From assembly GCA_951406725.2 (NCBI GenBank), contig OX597825.1, forward strand, positions 76,198,001 to 76,262,000: 64,000 nucleotides of DNA. The letters are read 5' to 3'. This DNA is from Octopus vulgaris (taxonomy: Eukaryota). The position numbers were made by a program, and so were the translations under genes. Position 1 is the stretch's first letter. The number at the start of each line of letters is the position of its first letter. This document shows, piece after piece, positions 41,350 to 55,306 of the stretch. Below the pieces are notes generated by a model. That model saw only the letters and a program-made list of their open reading frames with translations, had not been told where the DNA came from and made no database searches.

Positions 41350-41738
41350 TGAACCCTTACCACCTTCTAGTGATGGGAGTAGCATACCAGTATCGTTTCG
41401 GGCTATTTCTGCCTCTCTTCAGTACTGGACAGTTCATCTGCTAGTGATGGCAGTAGCTTGATTCTGCTTGCAATATATATATAAATTCAAGCAGTGCACA
41501 GTTGCTGATTTTGCAACAAGCTAAAAAGCAACAGCAATCATCTCTTAGAGAGATTTTAAACCTAGATTTTTAGCTTCTTGAAAAATCAACAACTCTGTGT
41601 TGCTTGAATTTATATATATATATATATATATATTGAGAGTAGAAATGAGCTACTGCTATCTCTAGCAGTGTCTAGTACTAAAGAGTGGCAAAAATAACTG
41701 GTTTGCTGGTCCCATCACTCGAAGGTGGTTAGGGTTCA
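41350..41738. repeat. ~390-bp degenerate inverted repeat (foldback)
   Basis: tgaacccttaccaccttctagtgatggga / tcccatcactcgaaggtggttagggttca; arms pair through to the centre. Confidence 0.75.
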
Positions 41739-42430
41739 TTTGAGAAGGAAAGATATATAAAGATATTGTAAACTACAATATTTTTTATATATCTTATTTC
41801 TACTTTCATTCTAATATTTCCCTTATTTCAATGATATTTTGATAAAGAGTTAGCGGAGCAACACTTTGAACATATTAAAATAGTATTCATAAAAATAAAT
41901 GAATATAGGTTTATACTAACACAAGAAAATGGTACACCCCCTTTCCACAGGACAAAGTGGTATGATCCAGCCACCATAAAGTAAGACAGTCCATTGCTGT
42001 AGGTGTTCAGTAGTAGTAGGGTCATTGTACGAGTTCTCAGTTGGAGTCAGTGTCAGTTACGTGATATATACAAGTTTGGGTTACTGTCAGGATAGATGTT
42101 TCAAAGTCATAGTCTTGTGGACCTCTCAACGATAGCATGAGAGACAAGTCAGAGATAATAAGATGCGGAAAACTGCCACAACATAACAGTGGCAACAAGA
42201 ACATTACAGTGCCAATAAACAATGTACAAGTGGATGAGGATCCACACTATAACACCATATTATCTCAGAAAAAGAAAGACTGACTGAATAAAGACCTTAG
42301 GTTCTCTCGTCAAGGCTGATCAGGACTTTAATAACAACATCAATAATAGCAATAGTTACAAGAAATAAGCAAAGAATTAAAATAAAAAGAAAAATGCAAT
42401 TACAGAATTCAAGAAGGTAAAAATTCTCAC

Positions 42431-42663
42431 TTTGGATAAGTCAATAGATTTGCTGTTGTTTTCAAAGGCTATTTCAACCTCACCAATGCTTATATTTCCA
42501 ATATTGGTAAAAGCAGAGAATGTGGGGAGATCAGCTAATTTCTTTAAAGTTAGACCTTGTGATGATTTTGTTTCACTGCCCAACACTGCATAAAATATTT
42601 TTATTTCTTCTATATTTCCAGTTAGTTTGGATTGTGAGGTTAATTCTATTTTCCACACAGATT
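42431..42663 (-). CDS. Exon 6: module 3 long exon (SVWKIELTSQ...NIGNISIGEVEIAF...IDLSK)
   Basis: Acceptor ctttcttttctag; donor AAA|gtgaga; 233 nt, phase 1 to 0; overlaps ORF 42377..42658. Confidence 0.85.
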
Positions 42664-43929
42664 CTAGAAAAGAAAGAAAATTTTAAAAAAGTAATATAAA
42701 GGATGGTATAGCAGTTGTGATTCCTTATATAAAAAAAAAGAAATGTGCTGTAAAAAGTGGTGAATTACTTGACATCTTGAGATCTGAGTTATTCCTCAAC
42801 AAGAAATGACTGATTTTCTTAACATTAACCTTTTTCTTACCATATTTCTGTTGAAATACAATGTCTTGGTTTCCAATAATTTTGAGAACAATGAAGAGTT
42901 TATTAGATAACTTTGTTACTTGTAAGCTGATGTTTGGAATATAAGTTAACATGGAATTTTGATGGAAAGGTCACTTTAAAACAAAGAATTTGTATCATAG
43001 AACTTGGGATAGTTTCAGGGAGATTGATATCAAAAGAATTAAGAAATAAAGAAATGGTAGTTCTAACATTTATAGTTAAATTATGGTTAATGAGTTGAAT
43101 AATTAATAAAAGACAGAATTATTAGCAACAATTTTTATTAATAACATTAAACATTTATAATATGCATAATATGCAATTTTTTTGTTTGTGAGTTATATTT
43201 GTTTGTTATGTATGTACGTGAACCAAGAAATAGGGAAACTGTCAAAAGAGGACAGCAGGAATATCACATATAAATATCACTTATAAATTTAAACAGTTGT
43301 CAGTTACAATAAGAATAATTTGTTAGAGATGAAGTTAAGGGCCGAAAACTATCTTTAATAAGATCATTTTTATTGAGGATTAAAGACAAAAAGCCTCCAG
43401 CTGCAACAAGAAGGGACTGTATTGTGAGCGAAATTCTAGAATTTTTATAAGACTACCAAAACATTTAAGAATATTCTGTTATGCCTTTAGGTGCAAAAAT
43501 TAAGATTTCCTTTTTGTCTGTCTCTTCTTCTCATAAACTGATGTCAAAGAGGATTTACTGTTTAAGAAGGTGCTATAATAGAGTTCAGAGATCTAATCAA
43601 AATAGCTCTGGTTAGTATTACCAAATATAGTATTATTATTCATCAGTGGTTTTGACTTCTAAATATAAAGGTTCATATTTGAGGATGGCTATTTGTGTGG
43701 CATCTTGGACTAGTGACTCCCATTCTATCGCCTCTGGTTGAGAAAAAAATTGAGAGTGGATTTGGGAGACAGAAACTGAAAGAAGCTTGTCGTGTGTGTG
43801 TGTGTGTGTGTGTGTGTGGAAAGGGTGCCTGTGTCTCCTTGTCTGAGCAATAGTTGTAAACGAGTACAACTGTTATATAAGTGGTGTCGTTCATTTCAAA
43901 TCTGATGAAATCTTTTGTCCTTTTTATAT

Positions 43930-44520
43930 CTTCTATCTTTTACTTGTTCCAAACATTAAACTGTGGCCTTAGTGAGGCACCACTTTGTAGAATTTTAGTT
44001 GAATGAATCGTCTCCAGTACTTTATTACTTCTTTTATGCCTGGTACTTATTCTATCAATCTCTTTTGTTAAGTTGCTAAGTCACAGAGATGTAAACACAC
44101 CAACACGGGTTGTCAAGCAATGATAAAAACACACACACATGATGGGCTTCTTTCAGTTTCTGCGGACCAAATCCACTCACAAGGATTTGATGTGCAACAG
44201 TAAGAGACACTTGCTCAAGGTGCCATATTGTCGGACTGAACCTGAAACCATGTGGTTGGGAAGCAAACTTCTTAACTGCACAGCCAAGAAAGCATTTTTT
44301 TTTTCCTACTCTAAGCACAAGGCCCGAAATTTTGGGGAGAGGGGACCAGTTGATTAGATTGACCCCAGTACTTAACTGGTACTTAATTTACCGACCCTCA
44401 GAAGGATGAAAGGCAAAGTTGACCTCAGCAGAATTTGAACCCAGAACGTAATGACAGACGAAATACCACTAAGCATTTTGCCTGGTGTGCTAACAATTCT
44501 GCAGGCTCACCGCCTTAACA
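43930..44520 (-). mobile_element. Two adjacent SINEs of different families
   Basis: 43930-44290 resembles 2829-3238; 44290-44520 resembles 24700-24890. Confidence 0.75.
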
Positions 44521-44743
44521 GCCAAGGAAATACTACTTTGAATGTAGTCTTGGTTTGGAATCTGCTGTTGATGATGGAAAAATCTAACTCTTGATAGTTG
44601 CAGCAAAATGGATCGTTTAGAATTCATCTTGCTCACTCTCCTTCTTAACAATAATATTTAGTAAAATCCACAAAGGCAAGCAAGGCAGACCTATTCCATA
44701 ATTTCTAATAAAGTGATATAAGAAATATGTTTTATCAACTTAC

Positions 44744-44837
44744 CATTTATCAATGAACACTCATGGTAAGGAATACTTTGTTTAAGAACATAAATACAAG
44801 AATATTTGTTGGAAGTTTCCATATTCTTCAGCTTGAC
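44744..44837 (-). CDS. Exon 5: module 2 short exon (VKLKNMETSNKYSCIYVLKQSIPYHECSLIN)
   Basis: Poly-T tract plus gctttag acceptor; donor G|gtaagt; 94 nt, phase 0 to 1. Confidence 0.85.
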
Positions 44838-45159
44838 CTAAAGCAAAAGTAAAAAAAAAAAAAAAAAAAAAAATTATGTCCCCGGGAATTACATGATTTT
44901 AGATAGGTGTTAATTTGCTCTTGATCCAGTAATTAAATGGATGAGAAATACCCAACTTATTCATCCATTCAGCAATTTTATCTCTACTCCAACTGTAGTG
45001 TTATTTCAAATATAGAAAGCTTTATAAATAGTCAAACAAGACCATCTTTACAAGAGATGAGCTGATCAGATTCTTTACTCATGATTTAAGAAAAATTCAC
45101 CAACATAGAGGGATTATATTAATCCACAGATGATGGCAGCCTGCTCATGTCATCTAAGT

Positions 45160-45545
45160 ATTCTTTTATTTGTTTCAGTCATTTGACTGCGGTCATGCTG
45201 GAGCATTGCCTTTAGTTGAAAAAACCAACCCCAGGATTTATTCTTTATAAGCCTGGTACTTATTCTATCAATCTCTTTGCTGAACCACTAAGTTACAGGG
45301 GTGTAAACATACCAACATCAGCTGTCAAGCAATGGTGGGGAGACAAACACACACACAAATACATATATATATGTATGTATGATGGGCTTTTTTCAGTTTC
45401 CATCTACCCAATCCACTCACAAGGCTTTGGTTGGCCCAAGGCTATAGCTGAAAATACTAACTCAACGTGCCACGCAGTAAGACTGAACCCAGAACCATGT
45501 GGTTGGGAAGCAAGCTTCTTACCACACAGCCGTTCCTGCACCTAC
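45160..45545 (-). mobile_element. tRNA-derived SINE whose 5' head is amplified into the adjacent minisatellite
   Basis: Homologous to 36123-36520. Confidence 0.85.
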
Positions 45546-47232
45546 TGCCACACAGCCACTCCTGCACCTACTGGCACACAGCCACTCCTGCACCTACTGC
45601 CACACAGCCACTCCTGCACCTACTGCCACACAGCCACTCCTGCACCTACTGGCACACAGCCACTCCTGCACCTACTGGCACACAGCCACTCCTGCACCTA
45701 CTGGCACACAGCCACTCCTGCACCTACTGCCACACAGCCACTCCTGCACCTACTGGCACACAGCCACTCCTGCACCTACTGCCACACAGCCACTCCTGCA
45801 CCTACTGCCACACAGCCACTCCTGCACCTACTGCCACACAGCCACTCCTGCACCTACTGCCACACAGCCACTCCTGCACCTACTGGCCACACAGCCACTC
45901 CTGCACCTACTGCCACACAGCCACTCCTGCACCTACTGCCACACAGCCACTCCTGCACCTACTGCCACACAGCCACTCCTGCACCTACTGGCACACAGCC
46001 ACTCCTGCACCTACTGGCACACAGCCACTCCTGCACCTACTGCCACACAGCCACTCCTGCACCTACTGGCCACACAGCCACTCCTGCACCTACTGCCACA
46101 CAGCCACTCCTGCACCTACTGCCACACAGCCACTCCTGCACCTACTGTCACACAGCCACTCCTGCACCTACTGGCACACAGCCACTCCTGCACCTACTGG
46201 CACACAGCCACTCCTGCACCTACTGGCACACAGCCACTCCTGCACCTACTGCCACACAGCCACTCCTGCACCTACTGCCACACAGCCACTCCTGCACCTA
46301 CTGGCACACAGCCACTCCTGCACCTACTGCCACACAGCCACTCCTGCACCTACTGGCACACAGCCACTCCTGCACCTACTGCCACACAGCCACTCCTGCA
46401 CCTACTGTCACACAGCCACTCCTGCACCTACTGTCACACAGCCACTCCTGCACCTACTGCCACACAGCCACTCCTGCACCTACTGGCACACAGCCACTCC
46501 TGCACCTACTGGCACACAGCCACTCCTGCACCTACTGGCACACAGCCACTCCTGCACCTACTGGCACACAGCCACTCCTGCACCTACTGTCACACAGCCA
46601 CTCCTGCACCTACTGTCACACAGCCACTCCTGCACCTACTGCCACACAGCCACTCCTGCACCTACTGGCACACAGCCACTCCTGCACCTACTGCCACACA
46701 GCCACTCCTGCACCTACTGTCACACAGCCACTCCTGCACCTACTGTCACACAGCCACTCCTGCACCTACTGCCACACAGCCACTCCTGCACCTACTGGCA
46801 CACAGCCACTCCTGCACCTACTGGCACACAGCCACTCCTGCACCTACTGGCACACAGCCACTCCTGCACCTACTGGCACACAGCCACTCCTGCACCTACT
46901 GCCACACAGCCACTCCTGCACCTACTGCCACACAGCCACTCCTGCACCTACTGTCACACAGCCACTCCTGCACCTACTGCCACACAGCCACTCCTGCACC
47001 TACTGCCACACAGCCACTCCTGCACCTACTGCCACACGTCCACTCCTGTGCCTATTGCCACACAGCCACTCCTGCACCTATTGCCACATGTCCACTCCTG
47101 TGCCTATTGCCACACGTCCACTCCTGTGCCTATTGTCACACAGCTACTCCTGCACCTATTGCCACATGTCAACTCCTGTGCCTATTGCCACACAGCCATT
47201 CATGTGCCTATTGCCACACGTCCACTCCTGCA
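45520..47232. repeat. 26-bp minisatellite, ~65 copies (gccacacagccactcctgcacctact)
   Basis: Direct reading; variants tgcc/tggc/tgtc; degenerates after ~47030. Confidence 0.98.
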
Positions 47233-48276
47233 ACTTCAACTTGAAAATATTACTCTATTCTAAATCATAAATTCATATAGAACTGAATGTAGAAACAGAG
47301 GTAGTGATGGAGACTGGTAGACGTAATATGTCTACATTTGGGTCTCTTCCCTATTATATCCCCTTTTGAGTCTACACAAGCTGTCTACCCTGCCTCTTGA
47401 TATACCATTTCACCTCTTTATCAGCTCTATACCACTTATCTGTCCATTACTCACTCCCTGTTCACCATCCATCTCTTCTGATCACTCTGCTATGGTGTAT
47501 GCATAACTAAGGATAACAGTGAATCCCTCATTTTCTCTATACCAAGCAACCAATGTAGGGATGTTAATGGACTTGTCTTTCAGATACCCTTTCTCCTTAT
47601 TCTGTGTCATTCTGCCTGTATTATGAAAGATGACACTGGAACTGTCTGTTCTCTATCCTGCCTACAACCATCCCATCCTGCTTTCCTTTCTAAAGAAACA
47701 GTCAACATTCCTTCTCTCCTCACTTCAACCACCCCTCACTTCATTTCCCCTCTTTCTGCTATCATTCACTTGTCTCTCTTTGCAAACACGTCCTAGATTC
47801 TCCTACCATCACTCAATCTGTCATTCTCCCTCTTTGTCGCATTGCATTAAGAGAAGAGACATGGCATGAACTGGGAAATCTCACAAGTTTTTGTCTTGTG
47901 ATAAAATGCAACCAGTGTAAGCTTTAAATGGATTACTAATTGATTGAAGATAGCATAGGGTCAAGAAAACCTGTTAGTCTTATGAAGAACAGGAGAGCCA
48001 CCCTCTCACCAGTACCATGCATGTGTATGTCTGTGTAACTGATTGCATTCTGCATTGAGGTGACTCAGAGATGGTGAGATTTGTTGACATTTCTCAGTCA
48101 AGGTTGTCCAGTAGCTCTGTACTTTCAAAGACAAGCAGAATGAAATCTCTCTCACTTAAACACATGTAAGGGTTAGTAACAAGAAGAACACTCAATTGTA
48201 AAGCAATGACTTGGTAATATGCATTCATCAAACCGATGCTAAAATGGAGAAACAAATGTAAAACTAAGATATATAT

Positions 48277-48307
<31 letters not shown>

Positions 48308-49628
48308 CGTTTATGAATTTGTGTTGCAAGACTCCTGATGTGAAATCGTGTGTTGAAACAGATATTATTGTATTTTGGGGCACACACGAAGATGGAAAGT
48401 GTTGTTGAAGGGGTCACAGATGTGTGACGAAAGATTTCCAGATAATGGACATGACTTAGAATAAGAAAAGTAATAAACAAAGAAGAACAAATATATAGCG
48501 TGTGTTTATTTTGCAGAAATAAATGACCATCCCAAAATACAACAATACACACACACACACACACATATATACTATACTTTACTGTTCCTTTGTAAGTAGG
48601 ATCTGCAAAAAAAGTATTCAGGCTCAGTGCATACAGTTAGGCTTATTTGAAAACTAGGACACTGGTCTATGAAAAAAATTTAGATAATTAGCATCATGAG
48701 ATTCCTGTAGTTGAGATCTATAATATAATATAATTTTCTTTTGAAGATACATGAAATTGACTTTTACTCCATATATTCAAGTAAAAATTGATTTCATACG
48801 TTAATCTCAATTTTTTTCGTCAGTTTTTACCTCAGTACTTTTTTTTTACTGAATATTTATGTATATAACTAACATGATTAGATTCCTGTCATCGAGATCT
48901 ATCATATAAGCTAAAACAAAATAAAGATTTATTTTTTAAAAATATTTACACTCAAAGTCGATTTCAGGCATCATTCTCCCATTTGTGACCTCCCATATTT
49001 AACTTTTTTTTTACAGAACCAATTTTCAAATTTTTTAGCTTGAAATGTAGCTTATGATGTGACCAATCTAAAAATGTAAACATCATCTAATTTGGTTAAA
49101 AACTGAGTTAGTGACTAAACATTGACCTTAAGAATATTATTCACACACAACCATGTGGTGAATGATATACATATTAAAAATGTTTAGTGTTATAAATAAA
49201 CATTTTTGAATTTAATGCTTTCTCTTATTAATATTTCAACTTGTTAACAAAAGCACAACTTATGTAACTAATGATATTTCTTTTGACTGTGAATAAAAAC
49301 AGTTTTTAGAGTGATTGAGAATATAAATTTGAAAAAGCATTTTGCTATTATTCATTTTGCTAAACAACAAAAAGGATAAATGTTAAATTTAAACCTGGCA
49401 TGAAGTGAACACAGAAGAGGGATGTTGAATCATTCATCCAAACCATCTACTTTCTAATGAGAAATTATCAATACACATCTGTGTTTTTCTGAATTATGTA
49501 TGTGCATACATGTATATAATGTATTTCATTTAATCAAATCCAGAAAACCTGAAAACAAGTAATACTTTGAAGTCAAGTGAACCAGTTATACGTGTTTCTA
49601 AATGAGAGAAAATAAAGGGTTTACTTAC

Positions 49629-49834
49629 AACTGTCTCTGACCAAAATTTTCCTGAAGTCTCTATTTCTATACTTGACCTTGTATTCATTTCCCTTGGAAG
49701 GAAGAATGATTTATTTGATGTTTTAGAATTCATTCCAAAATTAATATTTTTTACACCAGAAGGCTTTATTTCAAAAGAATAGTTATAATTGTCATTTATC
49801 TCACTACTTATAACTTCAAGGTTCCATTGTGTCC
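49629..49834 (-). CDS. Exon 4: module 2 long exon (TQWNLEVISSE...GKFWSETV)
   Basis: Acceptor tactttctag; donor GTT|gtaagt; 206 nt, phase 1 to 0. Confidence 0.85.
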
Positions 49835-50736
49835 CTAGAAAGTAATAGAAGGAAAAGTGACATTAATGACAACAAAATTTCAAAATTAATAAATTTAAAA
49901 GATTAATTGTTTCATAAGTGGGGTGGGATTTAAAATGAAATTAGTAGAATATGATTGGAAAACATCTTCTCTGCTCTTCCATCATGGATTTATTATACTT
50001 CATTTATAATTTTAGATTTGATTTCAAGAATTTTATAAACTTTCAAGGGAATTTGAAATAATGCTTTCTTGGAACAGTAGATCTTAAAGCACACATGTAA
50101 AGTTGTAAATAACAGCATGTAAATGTTAGGTTTGAAATCCCCTTTTGGATAAAAAAAACAAATCAGTGAAATGCTGTACATGAGACTCAAACCCACCACC
50201 TCTGTAGAGGTGGGTTTGAGTCTACCATTGGACAAATGCAATCCTTCAAATTTTTCTATCCATTTTAGAAACTTTTTTCTTACCAGTGAAAACTCTATGT
50301 TGTTGATTTCATAAGAATTTTTCCATAAACTTTTGAGAGAATGTGAATTAATTCTTATTTTCAGAATATCTCAAAGCCTTTGACTATTTCTATCCAAAAG
50401 GGATTTTCAATGCAATATTTACATGCTAAATTTCTGAAATGGTTAGATATAAACATTGCTATGCATTGAAAAGTTTGCTTCTTAACCACATGGTTCCCAG
50501 TTCATTCCCACTACATGGCACTTTGGGCAAGGGTCTTCTATTATAGTCCCAGACAGACACTTATGAAACTTATGAATTTACATCTAATGTAGGATAATTA
50601 CCTCAATGACCTCCTTAGCCATGATCGGTCCTTCACAGCAATCAGCCTCTTGTGTTGAGATACGTGGGCCACCAGTCAGGAAGTCCTGAAGGCCTCACCA
50701 TGGACCACTGTCTCAGATGAACTACGTACACACACA

Positions 50737-50802
<66 letters not shown>

Positions 50803-51044
50803 TATTCATTTCTGACATATCACTTCCACAGATGTACCCTGATACTATTTCTAGCAACTCATAGCGGTTGTCAACATTTGCATGTAGTGAAGAATTATGT
50901 GTACCAACAAATTAAGTCCAGTGAATAAATCATTTTAAATATGAATCAATTCATTCATTTGTTTACTTCAAAGGCATCCACATTCCTATCGCATTTTTTC
51001 ACCTGATTAGCATTAACCACTACACACACACGCACACACACACT

Positions 51045-51109
<65 letters not shown>

Positions 51110-51966
51110 ACACACATATATATGGCAGGACTCCACACAGTATCCATCTACCAAATTCATTCACAAAGCATGTATTTGTCAGCATGGAGCCTATACTAGT
51201 CCAAGGTGCAGTGCAATGGGACTGAATATGATGAAGCAGCACTGTCACAAAGAAATCTTCTTAACCACGCAGCTACACATGTGCATACAATTACCACAAA
51301 ATTTTATTCTCTTGCCTCAGTTTAGTAAGAAATTTCATTTAGTTAAGAATTCCTGTATTACATACATCACCCCTTTATTTTATTCACATTCATACCATCG
51401 GTACATTTGAGTCATCTTCCTAAGCACATTTTATAAAATTTATTTACACAAAATATACTTGCCCAAAATTTTTCGGTACTATTTTTCAATATATAAAAAT
51501 CATTGCCAATTGGAGTAACTAAACTATCTTGATGAGGTCCATCGAACTGAAACTTATCCATAGTTGTTCCCCTTGTCTGCAAATTAAGATCATGCTTTCC
51601 TTCTTATAATTTCAAGTTAGCGTTTCTTTATTAATTGTATGTTCTGCATTATTTTCATTAAAAAATCCATTTTCTTCCTTTTGAATAAAGCTGTAGTTGA
51701 TGGAACATGACTTTCTTCTCCTCTCAGCAGTTCAGAGGTTCATTTATAATCTAAGATTATAATGGTTACGGAGAATATTCATGTCACCAACAGTGTAACT
51801 TTCAATCATATGTTTACACTTTTTTTTGTTTTGTTTTCATGTTCTCTCATTTTCATTTTATATTCTGTCTTGAACACATTCCCTTATTTCATTTTATATT
51901 CTTTGATGTTCCTGTGCTTGTTCTAGTGATTCGACCCTCTGCTTCTCTTTACACCATTGCCTATAC

Positions 51967-52185
51967 CAGTGCTTTTCAAACTTTTTGCTGGAGCGGAACC
52001 CCAAGGAAACATTCCACAGGCTCGAGGAACCCCTGTGCAATAATTTAATAGTTTTATGCACACATATCTGCACAGGAGACTTAAAAATTACTGCCGACGT
52101 TAGCAGTTTTGTAACTTCTTGCGGAACCCCTGAACTGTACTGGCGGAACCCTAAGGTTCCGCGGAACCCTGGTTGAAAACCACTG
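51967..52185. mobile_element. hAT (Charlie-like) MITE, 219 bp
   Basis: TIRs cagtgcttttcaa / ttgaaaaccactg; perfect 8-bp TSD gcctatac. Confidence 0.9.
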
Positions 52186-53132
52186 GCCTATACCATCTCA
52201 TTCTATCTCTTGTTAACTTAAATTGTCTGTCATTCATTTCTTATAAACAAATATCATTTTCTAGGTAAGCAGGTGATAAATAATTGTAGTTATATGTATG
52301 TGCCATGTGAAGGGTGATATAAAAAAAAACTACCCTTTTCACTATCCACTCACCACCGCCGCCACCACCGCCGCCACCACCGCCACCACCGCCGCCACCA
52401 CCACTGCCACTACTTCTACCATCATTATAGTTTTTAGTAATAGAGCTCAGTCTAAGTTGTTTGCCAACCAAAATTGAATATTTCAAGTAATTAAGAATTT
52501 TCTGCATTCATCAACCCTAAAAAATTTGTCCAGATTCTTAAATTCTGAGTTTAGCCATTGTAGAAATTATTGTTTTTATATCCATTTTCATGTGTCAATA
52601 TTGGTTGGAAAAGTTCTTGAAAATTTCAATAATGACATGTGATTGGCTGGAAATATTGATTTCATAGCTGTTTGCTTTTCTTAATGCTGACTACGTATCA
52701 GTGAATTGAACCACGAAATACAGGATAACGTGTCTTTCCTAGAGATTGAATAGAAACAATGTGTGTGTTTGTGTGTGTGTATGAGTATGTTTATGCATGA
52801 GTGTGTATATATGTGTGTATGTGCATGTGTGTACATTTGTGTGTGTTTGCATGAGTGTGTGTAAGTGTCTGTGTGTAAGTGCTTGTGTGTGAGTATGTGT
52901 GTACATGTGTGTGTGTGTGTGTATGTGTGTGTACATATATGTGCATGAACGTGTTTTTGTGTGTGTGTGTGCATATGTGTGTCTGTGTATGGGTGTATGT
53001 GTATTCACACATGTGTGTGTGTGTGTGTACATGTTTGTGTATGAGTGTGAAAAATATTCCTTAAGGAGTTTAAAAGAGAAAGGAAAGCAAAAAAGAAAAG
53101 AATAAGGAAGAGTTCTAAAGCAAAAATCTTAC

Positions 53133-53217
53133 ATTTTTCTAATTTCTGCTTCTTAGAACAACTTGATGAGCATCTGAGAAAATACATTTCTGAAATATCG
53201 TGATTTTGAACATATGC
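53133..53217 (-). CDS. Exon 3: module 1 short exon (AYVQNHDISEMYFLRCSSSCSKKQKLEK)
   Basis: Acceptor ctattttag; donor T|gtaaga; 85 nt, phase 0 to 1. Confidence 0.8.
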
Positions 53218-53289
53218 CTAAAATAGAATAATTCAACAAAATTAATAACAGTGTAGTATTTAAAATGGTTTGACGACGACGACGACGAC

Positions 53290-53322
<33 letters not shown>

Positions 53323-53491
53323 AGTGACCATCACCATCACCATCACCATCATCATTATTATCATGCTGTTGATGACAATGAGGATAAAACTGTTTCTCAG
53401 CCAAAAATTGTTTGGATTAATCTACACACGCATGTGCAGACAAATGTATATATATACACATGTACATGTGTATACATATACATATAGATGT

Positions 53492-53526
<35 letters not shown>

Positions 53527-53539
53527 TATAATAATCATC

Positions 53540-53725
53540 AAGGTGACAGGCAGATACTCACAAATGCAAAGTTTTTCGCAGATGAAGAGTGTACACCCCA
53601 ACATAGGCTACCAGTTAGTGACTTCAGAATTAGGGCTAGAGAGACTCAAAGACATAAACCACACCGGAAAAGAAGATTATGGAAGCCTCAAAGACCCAGC
53701 AAACCAACAAAAATTTAGAGAAAAT
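53540..53725 (+). mobile_element. Short RTE fragment
   Basis: NAKFFADEECTPQH; homologous to ~16370-16530. Confidence 0.65.
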
Positions 53726-54764
53726 TTCCAATCCCCTTTCTTGCCCTCACTGCTCTGTTCCCTGTATCGCTACTTCTCACACCCCTAACACCCATACCCT
53801 ATTTTTCTATCCAGGTTCTATATTCATATTTTTGTTACTTGTGAGTATACCCCAGCACTACACCATCACTCTTCTGCACTCTCTCTTACACTTTTCCTAC
53901 TCCCTCTCTCTCTTTCCCTTTGGTTACTCTCTCTCTTTTCCTTTGGTTACTCTCTCTCTCTCCTCTTATTTTTCCTCTGACTAGATAACCAAGTATCTCC
54001 TTTACATCAGCACATTTGTTTTTGGCCTCTTTCTTGTACCTCTCTCTCACACCCACTGTCTCTTTTCTCCCTCTCTCCCTCCCTCTCTCTCCTTCTCTCT
54101 CTCTCACTCTGTAACCATTTACCTCCTCTATAACAAGAAATCCTCTCTGTTTCTCTGTTACACTCTAGCCCTTCATTATCTGATACTGGATCACCTCCTC
54201 TAATGTCCCCTCTTTGTAGCAAGACATCTGCTTCTGTCTCTCTGTTTCTTTGTCACACTCTAGCCTTCCATCCTCTGACACAAGTTCCCCTCCTCAAATG
54301 CCCTGCCCATCTCATAATTCCTTGTCTTGTGAGTTACTTGGTTTTACTGCCAGGGCTGGTGCTACATTAAAAGCATCCAGTCCACACTACAACATGGCTA
54401 GCCTTTGGAAGGGCATCCAAATCATGCTGAAACTAACCTTGCCCGTGCTAGTGCCACATAAAAAGCACTGCCAAAACAGACACAGTAGCCTAGGGTAGTT
54501 TTTCTACCTGGCCAGCTCCCGTTAACCATCCTACTCAAGCATGTATAGATGGACGTTAAACAATGATGATGACGATGATGATGATGCTTAATGGTGACAT
54601 GGGTTTGATGGTTTAACTGGATCTAATATGTCCAAGGACTACATTAAACTCCAGTGTCCATTTTGACACAGTCTTTCAGGTTGAGTACCTTTCCTAATAC
54701 CAACCATTTCAAAGCCTGGACTGGGTACTTTGTCCTGCTGTGTATTTATATGTGTGTTAAAGAT

Positions 54765-54802
<38 letters not shown>

Positions 54803-54909
54803 ACCCACACACCCACACCCACACACACACATACACACACCCGCACACACATACACACACATGCACACACACACACATATACACACACACGCACACATAG
54901 ACACACACA

Positions 54910-54954
<45 letters not shown>

Positions 54955-55306
54955 CAACAGGCTTATATGTATATATATATATATATATAACTTCTTTTCA
55001 AGCCATCTAACTAATTAATTTAATAATTAATGTTTACAGAAGTTTTTAAACACAAGTGGTAGAAATAACAAAAAGGGTCAGAATCCTGTTAGGGGTGAAA
55101 ATTTTCAAGCTCTTTAGATGCAAATATATATTCAAGTATAAAAAACATATGTCATGTCAATGCAATTATTAAATACCAGTTTCACCTTATTTCTCTGAAG
55201 ACAGCATAATGTTCGATGATACAGGTGTACAAGTATATATGTATGTATATGTGTTTATGTATGTGTATGTAGGTAGGTGTGTGTATCTTTAATTTAATAT
55301 AATTAC

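Noticed and set aside
45520-47232. CRISPR-like array
   Set aside because: Head-to-tail repeats with no unique spacers, no cas genes, eukaryotic context.
45216-47270. Three 580-680-aa ORFs on the + strand
   Set aside because: Artefact of a stop-free 26-bp tandem unit read in rotating frames. The starts lie inside a SINE and the ORFs are antisense to the host intron.
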